A DNA stretch of 64,000 bases from the IMG/VR virus record IMGVR_UViG_3300042691_015660. The stretch is one strand, 5' to 3'. The DNA comes from a virus. The notes under the pieces were generated by a model, which did not search any database, was not told the origin of the DNA, and saw only the letters and a program-made list of their open reading frames with translations. The translations under genes and the position numbers were made by a program. Every line of letters begins with the position of its first letter. The first letter of the stretch is position 1. This document shows positions 59,601 to 64,000 of the stretch, piece after piece.

Positions 59601-60346
59601 CAGGATCTATTACAGCCAGAGCATTAAGTTGGCGTAGTAACAGAAGCCTTCAAAACAATGAAAATTATTTTGCGATTACAGAATCTGATAGGAATACATA
59701 TATAAGTCAAGGACTAGCAGTGGGTGACAGAATTAGTGGTACTGGTATTCCGGCTAATGCTACTATCACACAAATAAGTTTCTGGTACAATGACGGTGTA
59801 TTAGGGCCTCTTTGGTTCGTAGCAATGAATCAAAATGCTAATCAAAACGTAGCTGGTAATTCTACGTTAACTGTAACTAAAGCTTACAATACTACTAATA
59901 CATCTGTGTTGTTCTTCCAAAGCGCAAGTTGGGTTTCTTCTGGAGCAACAACTGGTACTGAAGTAGACGATAATACAAAATACCCAGGCGGTACTTTTGT
60001 GAGCAGTGCTAATGTTCAAAATTATTTTGGCACATCCTACTATCGTGTAACATTTAATCAGTCTAGTATTGGCTCAGCTTTTGTTCCTGGAACTACCACA
60101 CTACAGTTTAAATTTGGTATTCCGCCTTATGCGCAGCCTGGAGAAACTGTATTTTCATTCGTTGCTGGTCCGGGAACAACTAGTGTACTAGACTTAAGCG
60201 AACTTAAAGAACTTACAAATACCACACTAGGCGGAAGAGGAACTTATCCTAACGGACCTGATGTACTAGCTATTAATGTGTATAAGGTAACCGGAGCAGC
60301 GATTAATTCTAATATTGTTTTACGTTGGGGCGAAGCTCAAGCTTAA
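53645..60346 (+). CDS. Very large virion structural protein (2233 aa)
   Basis: Four KCxRDxGY helical repeats, DADFEYGLQPTKW, GSNY..GD beta repeats, YQSGKG. Confidence 0.7.
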   Translation: MAKKRIQNYVFLPGTASSSNAYPNAYTLLVNNKSFIQKEANTYISNSIATDTAINLNPNAIGLLTNNKEFLKKEIRAYIAARVAASNGPFAGYTYDADKCERDVGYVIDAYIYDLRYGGNEQIRYVAEQYWLGGTPQVDGTRQAEIWAHTKLRDIITKYVFTRSLYPTEQVAGVVQSTVGSDAETHMQQRLSSLSEVLLDVITNGLSVLETTNLYPNAASLLTRNKEFLKDEITAWIATQVAGNIAPFVGFTYDASKCKRDVGYVIEAYISDLKNGGTEKTREAAQQYWLGGVAQVDGSRAAEVAAHTKLRDIIDDFILAKLPYTSAQNPVVTTQDVSGSTAEAGTTTIIATLASVVINTINSGLIALTNLNLYPNAATLLTNNKEFLKDEITAWIATQVAGNIAPFVGYTYDAVKCKRDVGYIIDGYIYDIRYGGKEGTRDSISQYWVGTTAQVDGNRLPEVAAHTKLRDIINNNILPKVAYSSVQSPVTSTQNLSGSAAESGVTAIITSLASVVTSVITNGLNSLPLVPITQSLRNFSGYVYDTSKCERDIGYVLDAYANDLRFGGNIETRFVASRYWESGVPQVDGDRRPEIKTHEFIRDLINSYIFPQIAYTPLQVIVSRYTNNGITYETAASSRIYNLENILTTVIENGLSSIPARSNGVTQIKVQGKINLEEILLITNTTNNEILYNFSSADYGAVVDYFDTYNSNGFSRDDDYPAFLQTADYVTTITLDIDTSTCSSSDDIQIFVEKNEMTIRPWDFGTDAIERMRVATPQSMLDADFEYGLQPTKWQAIGLLRQYPSVYEIPGTDTAVSTVVTDASVGTGNVGASLITVTTAGPHGFTVGTPITIKALANTITGFSRAEGTFLVNTVPTSSTFTYYSASKVGTSNGQVLATAYTQLRKASFYTGASLGTPSFSIYSPGSAGTITSEFITTSGSDQIAFIGTPPSIGAPLTASGINPGTQVTGVVGSGGVAVQTGAASSAIIGDTTIEVENASGILEGMGIDNGTGTAIFVTGISGTTVSLSAPLAAPKIGSSEVYTGLSATLTNPIGSGATFNFARVNGSYQYVGVANGGSNYLVGDRVRILGSLLGGSDTTNDITITILSVDSGGSVANVDSSIPIAFSGTSVNGSITYSPVSQSTTTGSGINSTWNVVRSDTGDSSAGLYSVTNINPGSNFNPGDQIVITGDLLGGSTPENDLFINVQTVGGLGEILTYGTLGSALGTDTVFTNLSCSNLSHSGVGAVFTVSRFAGAYTATITSGGSNYKVGNVLTITGSSVGGTIPTNNLTMTVTQIDGGTGAIQLVLESGNAISGSVLDFISAISLSEVTIGTIADATSIAYAAIAGIQVDFTTAHGLVPGASITTSINSNGTNHGYAAGPFFVESVPTPTRIRYTARTSGTIDTSTISLTGTVYTRSDAYFIHRPYDGGVQLGTGGPQHGAQAIRMSKKYIRYQSGKGVMYTTGALFAPSYDLQSLTATGTSIGSYITVVTDDVDHGCQIGGVIKIKGVVTSGYNGEYTVTDIINERQFRIQAQTVLGNVYATLSGQAQMSLVRWHGATVRAGTFDEQNGIFWQYDGQTLSVGRRTSTFQLAGTVSITRDTNLITGTNTRFRDQLSAGDKIVIKGMTHCVASIDSQTSMTVTPDYRGAVDAVNSKLCKVEDIIIPQDQFNLDRLDGNGPSGYNVDTSTMQMIGIQYTWYGAGFIDFMLRGSDGNYVFVHRIRNSNTNTEAYMRTGNLPVRYEVINEGARDKLASSITSSQTTIPLTDATNFPNESGVVLIDNELVAFTGKSGNTLTGCTRAAPMTNFVAGASRTFTAGSANSHEYNTGVVLVSNTVSPIISHWGSAFLTDGRFDEDRGYLFNYAATNVSISTTKRTAFLIRLAPSVSNAIVGDLGERELLNRAQLLLKGIEITADSGTGGIVVEGVLNPQNYPVSPSDISWSGLQGSAQGGQPSFSQIAPGGSVVWSSAGSTSATATTLTFPTGSITARALSWRSNRSLQNNENYFAITESDRNTYISQGLAVGDRISGTGIPANATITQISFWYNDGVLGPLWFVAMNQNANQNVAGNSTLTVTKAYNTTNTSVLFFQSASWVSSGATTGTEVDDNTKYPGGTFVSSANVQNYFGTSYYRVTFNQSSIGSAFVPGTTTLQFKFGIPPYAQPGETVFSFVAGPGTTSVLDLSELKELTNTTLGGRGTYPNGPDVLAINVYKVTGAAINSNIVLRWGEAQA
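54317..54872 (+). repeat. 79-bp perfect direct repeat (54317-54395 and 54794-54872)
   Basis: Identical DNA encoding NKEFLKDEITAWIATQVAGNIAPFVG; spacing 477 nt. Confidence 0.9.
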
Positions 60347-60789
60347 AGACTGTCGATAATGTCAGTTATAGTTTGGATCTTAGTTTGTATAATTTTATTA
60401 CGCAGACTAAGATCCAATGCTTTGTGTAAAGGTTTAGGTGGTGAGGTGATAGTAAACCACCCCCAAGAACTGTGCTCATTACTTAATAGAGGCACAAATT
60501 CTGTAGGTACTACACAAAAAAATGTATGAAAATTGAACATACTGTCATTACTGACAAAACGTTCTAAAGGAATAGTTTTTTTTATTTCTGGAAGGTATCC
60601 AAGTTCTTCTTCAATTTCTCGTTGAAGCCCTTGCCAAGCAGTTTCTCCAGATTGATTCGTACCACCAACTAACCCCCAATGACCCGAATGTTTGCCTGTA
60701 TTTTTTTGAAGTAATAAAAATCGACGTGTGTCTTTCGAGCAAATCAACGCACCAGAACAGTCTACTAATTCTATAGCTCTAGTCTCCAT
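60343..60789 (-). CDS. NUDIX hydrolase
   Basis: Nudix box GGTNQSGETAWQGLQREIEEELG. Confidence 0.92.
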   Translation of the reverse strand: METRAIELVDCSGALICSKDTRRFLLLQKNTGKHSGHWGLVGGTNQSGETAWQGLQREIEEELGYLPEIKKTIPLERFVSNDSMFNFHTFFCVVPTEFVPLLSNEHSSWGWFTITSPPKPLHKALDLSLRNKIIQTKIQTITDIIDSL

Positions 60790-62363
60790 TGTCCCTTCTT
60801 ATATTCGCCTTCAAATGATTTAACCCAGCTTACACCGTTCCATTTATACTGTGTTAGTGTATACATATTTGTCTGATAAAGCAACTGGTCTGAGCTTTCT
60901 TTTGCTGAAAATACTATATGCCATTTAGATCCATCCCACTCAATAATGTCATTAGCATCTGCTATAAAATCGCTGTTATCGGAATTTTTCCAAGCATCTG
61001 GACCGTCTTGATTTAAATTTAATTTGTAAGTTACTGTACTGCCAATCGGAATAGCTGTTGGGGTAACTAGATAGTATATACCGTTGTTATCTGTTCCGCT
61101 GGCTGAGGTAAAAGTACCGTCTACATAAAGTTCGTGACTGTTAACTAAATCAAATTCTATACCTGTGTTTATTCTTTTAGAGCTATTACTAGTTACAAAA
61201 GTATCTATGACACCTCCACCAATACTTTCTAAAATTAGATACCTAGTTCCTATATCAGGATCTAAGCCCGAGCCATTAGGACCATTTTTTGTTGGATCAA
61301 TTATAGCATCAAACGATCCCCAACTAGTCGACAATCTACTAGGACCTTCTATCATATCATTAGTTGGAAAAGTATCCTCGTCCCAGTTTGAAACCATTAT
61401 AGTTTCATCTAATGGATTTAAACTTAGATATCCTACTACCTCACTACCATCAAATTGTAGTAAGTAAAGTTTACTTAACCCTGCTTGATATTTTCCTGGA
61501 CTTTGATCTAGTATCACTCGCCAATTTAACCAAGGACCTGTAGTTCCTCTGTTGGTAATTTTAACATTGGCTTGTTCTACTAAAATATCGAAGTTTCCAA
61601 TAGTAACTTTATCTTGAGACATTACATCACTAAATGTAACCGACCCGGTACCTAAATCCATTCCGAGTCCTTCGATATACGAAAGGTCTCCAGAAATACC
61701 GCCAAACACACTAGATACTACCTTAGTAATTACTCCTAGTTTTTTTACTTTGATAGGAGGACTTAGATAGATAGGTGTTTTTAAATTTAATGTAGCAATA
61801 TCTATTGAAATATTTGTACCTTGTGGCACGGATCTACTACTAAAAGTAACATCTTCTAACTCTACTACCGTCAAACTAGCCCAATCGACATAATTATCTG
61901 TAGTCTGTATTTCTAGACTAGGATTAAAAAAGGTCAGTATTTGTTCTAAAATTTGTAACTTTTGATCTGTGCTAGTACTCCATATATCTACTTTAACTGT
62001 AAGTGTAAAAGGAGTAGGCATTGGTCGTTCAATTGTAAAACTTTGCCCTGGACTACTATTATATTGATTTGTGTCAGTGTCTATATCGCGTTCTCTAATA
62101 TTAATTTTTCCTACAAAAGAAGCATCTGACAATCTACTTCGATCTAAATCTAAATCAGAAATATATACAGCAATCCTTGGAGCACTAGATAACGTGTTTT
62201 CGCTGTTTTGATTTACAATATGAGCTGCCTGTCTATCAGCATCACCATACATTACAGGTACTCTCACAATAGTACCATCACTATACTTAACAGTAAAATT
62301 ACTTAATAATCTAATTATTTGTAGAAGATATCGTCTTACTTGTCCATCGTAAAAATGCAACAT
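60771..62363 (-). CDS. gp15: Tail terminator / sheath stabiliser gp15 with C-terminal extension
   Basis: FYDGQVRRY, VPVMYG, P.PF.L..DIW..QKLQILEQIL.FFNP. Confidence 0.85.
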   Translation of the reverse strand: MLHFYDGQVRRYLLQIIRLLSNFTVKYSDGTIVRVPVMYGDADRQAAHIVNQNSENTLSSAPRIAVYISDLDLDRSRLSDASFVGKINIRERDIDTDTNQYNSSPGQSFTIERPMPTPFTLTVKVDIWSTSTDQKLQILEQILTFFNPSLEIQTTDNYVDWASLTVVELEDVTFSSRSVPQGTNISIDIATLNLKTPIYLSPPIKVKKLGVITKVVSSVFGGISGDLSYIEGLGMDLGTGSVTFSDVMSQDKVTIGNFDILVEQANVKITNRGTTGPWLNWRVILDQSPGKYQAGLSKLYLLQFDGSEVVGYLSLNPLDETIMVSNWDEDTFPTNDMIEGPSRLSTSWGSFDAIIDPTKNGPNGSGLDPDIGTRYLILESIGGGVIDTFVTSNSSKRINTGIEFDLVNSHELYVDGTFTSASGTDNNGIYYLVTPTAIPIGSTVTYKLNLNQDGPDAWKNSDNSDFIADANDIIEWDGSKWHIVFSAKESSDQLLYQTNMYTLTQYKWNGVSWVKSFEGEYKKGQWRLEL

Positions 62364-63658
62364 TATAAATCTGCCTTAGGTCTAAGTGCTTTAGATAAGC
62401 TTTGGCGCTCTGGAACAGTTTCGCCATCAATAGTTATTGTGTTTGTATTATTAACAAATTCAGTTTTAGCAGACTTTCTAGTATCAATATTGGTCATAGT
62501 CATTCTTACATTATCTTCTCGTTTAACCCATCTTGCCCCGTTAAATCTGAATAGTCTATTAGGCATAAAATCAGTTCTTAAAAAATAATCTCCTTCTCTA
62601 GTAGTAGTAGGAAATTGTGTACCGTGACCAAAATCTACGCCATTTTCAGGCAATCCGTCGCCTAACAAGTACCCGTTGTATCCTGAACGAATAGGTCGCT
62701 CGTGTATTCTACTAGAATCCAAAACCGTTGAACTAGCGTCCTCGTCAGTGATATCTGCTGTAGTAAGAGAAGGTTTGCCATCTTCATCTGTAGCCAATGT
62801 ATAATACGATCTAGTATCGTAACCGCTCTTAGGAGCATCTGCTTCTGCTTGAGCAATAATAGCATCGTTAATTTCTATATTTTTATTAAATGTACTTAAT
62901 AATTCTTGTAAAGTATTTCCGCTATAGACACTAAAATAACTAACATTAGTAGGATCGTTTCCTGTTGTTGAATTTGTTACAGTATAAAGAACTCCTTGAT
63001 ACCTTACTATTTCCCCAGCGTTATATGTCCTATCAGGATCATAATCTCCAGCATAGTTTGCGTCTTGATCTGTAGGACGTTTAAGTATATCTGCATACTG
63101 TTGCGTGTCAGAAATTTTCTTTAATTTTAATCTATAAAGGTGTGGCCACCAGGTCATACTAAACCCTTCAGCTGCTCGATTTACATCCTCGACGACAAAA
63201 AATCTAGGCATTGCTTTATCGTAATTGTTTAAAGCAAATTGATCTTTTAAATGAGGAAGTTCTAAAACATCTCCTGCTATGGGTTTTCTTCCTGTAATAG
63301 TTACAAAATCGTTTATATGAACAGTCATATAAACCATGTCGTTATCTAAAAACAATCCAAATTGACTCAGGTTAAAATCTAAATCTTGTACTTGATAATG
63401 CCCACGTATTCTGTAAATGTCTTCGCTATACTTTCTGTCACGATTTTCTAAAAATAGAAGATCCTGTATATTTGTTTCTTTTATAACATCGTAGTGCGGC
63501 TGATCTGCTGTAGCCTGATCTACAGGAGTATTTTGCGGCCCTAGATATTTGTGTAAGTACACATCCGTACCGCCAACAGTAAACATTTCTCTTATTTGGC
63601 GGTCTATAAACTTATAATCGTGCCCTTTTTCAGGGCGGAATAGTGATATACGTGGCAT
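62363..63658 (-). CDS. gp14: Neck protein gp14 (head-tail connector)
   Basis: GTDVYLHKY, LSQFGLFL, GDVLELPHL; adjacent to gp15 and gp13. Confidence 0.75.
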   Translation of the reverse strand: MPRISLFRPEKGHDYKFIDRQIREMFTVGGTDVYLHKYLGPQNTPVDQATADQPHYDVIKETNIQDLLFLENRDRKYSEDIYRIRGHYQVQDLDFNLSQFGLFLDNDMVYMTVHINDFVTITGRKPIAGDVLELPHLKDQFALNNYDKAMPRFFVVEDVNRAAEGFSMTWWPHLYRLKLKKISDTQQYADILKRPTDQDANYAGDYDPDRTYNAGEIVRYQGVLYTVTNSTTGNDPTNVSYFSVYSGNTLQELLSTFNKNIEINDAIIAQAEADAPKSGYDTRSYYTLATDEDGKPSLTTADITDEDASSTVLDSSRIHERPIRSGYNGYLLGDGLPENGVDFGHGTQFPTTTREGDYFLRTDFMPNRLFRFNGARWVKREDNVRMTMTNIDTRKSAKTEFVNNTNTITIDGETVPERQSLSKALRPKADL

Positions 63659-63665
63659 AGTACAA

Positions 63666-63681
63666 TATTTAGCGATAAATA
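63666..63681. promoter_or_regulatory. Back-to-back late promoters
   Basis: TATTTA-GCGA-TAAATA between divergent gp14 and gp13. Confidence 0.7.
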
Positions 63682-63696
63682 CTACGGGAGATACGA

Positions 63697-64000
63697 ATGC
63701 CAGCTAATGAAATAGGAAGCACTAATCCACAAGAAGTAAAACAAAAAGTATACGATTACTGTCGTGTTATGTTAGGCGATGGTATGATAGACGTGGAATT
63801 AGACCCAATACACTACGAAACTGCTTTAGAAAAAGCTTTAACTAAATTTAGGCAACGTAGTCCTAATAGTGTAGAAGAAAGTTATGTATTTTTAACTCTA
63901 GAAAAAGACAAAAATGATTACGTCTTGCCCCAGGAAATTGTAAATGTTCAAAGTGTTTTTAGAAGAACTCTAGGATCTAGAACAGGGGGAGGTACAGGTA
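63697..64000 (+). CDS. gp13: Neck protein gp13, N-terminal part
   Basis: MPANEIGSTNPQEVKQKVYDYCRVMLGDGMIDVELDPIHYETAL..; the DY....LG...IDVEL motif; GGGAG SD; runs off the window. Confidence 0.8.
   Translation, partial: MPANEIGSTNPQEVKQKVYDYCRVMLGDGMIDVELDPIHYETALEKALTKFRQRSPNSVEESYVFLTLEKDKNDYVLPQEIVNVQSVFRRTLGSRTGGGTG

Noticed and set aside
1-64000. tRNA, rRNA, integrase or IS elements
   Set aside because: None recognised by eye; intergenic gaps other than 14239-14681 are short.

Overview
This window is an AT-rich fragment of a large T4-like (myovirus-type) phage genome, not a cellular chromosome. It holds a minus-strand baseplate block (gp7-like partial, gp6, gp25, gp5, hub, gp53, gp48/54-like). 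Next comes a sigma70-driven gp55/gp47/gp46/Hc1-like/GIY-YIG operon, followed by a ~440-nt GC-richer non-coding region with many helices and pseudoknots. A gp26/gp51-like pair, probably joined by a -1 frameshift, sits beside a tape-measure-like gene. The head block (portal gp20, acidic core protein, gp21, gp22, gp23) is followed by ~34 kb of modular fibre/virion genes, including three ~11%-Cys Gly-rich paralogues and an embedded glycosyltransferase + carbamoyltransferase cassette. The window ends with NUDIX, gp15, gp14 and a partial gp13. Late promoters (TAAATA core) are frequent. Best candidates for new biology: the structured RNA downstream of the GIY-YIG gene, the Cys-rich triplet with its modification enzymes, the frameshift, a pseudoknotted leader after gp23, and phycobiliprotein-like KCxRDxGY repeats. 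All annotations come from motif recognition by eye; no searches were run.
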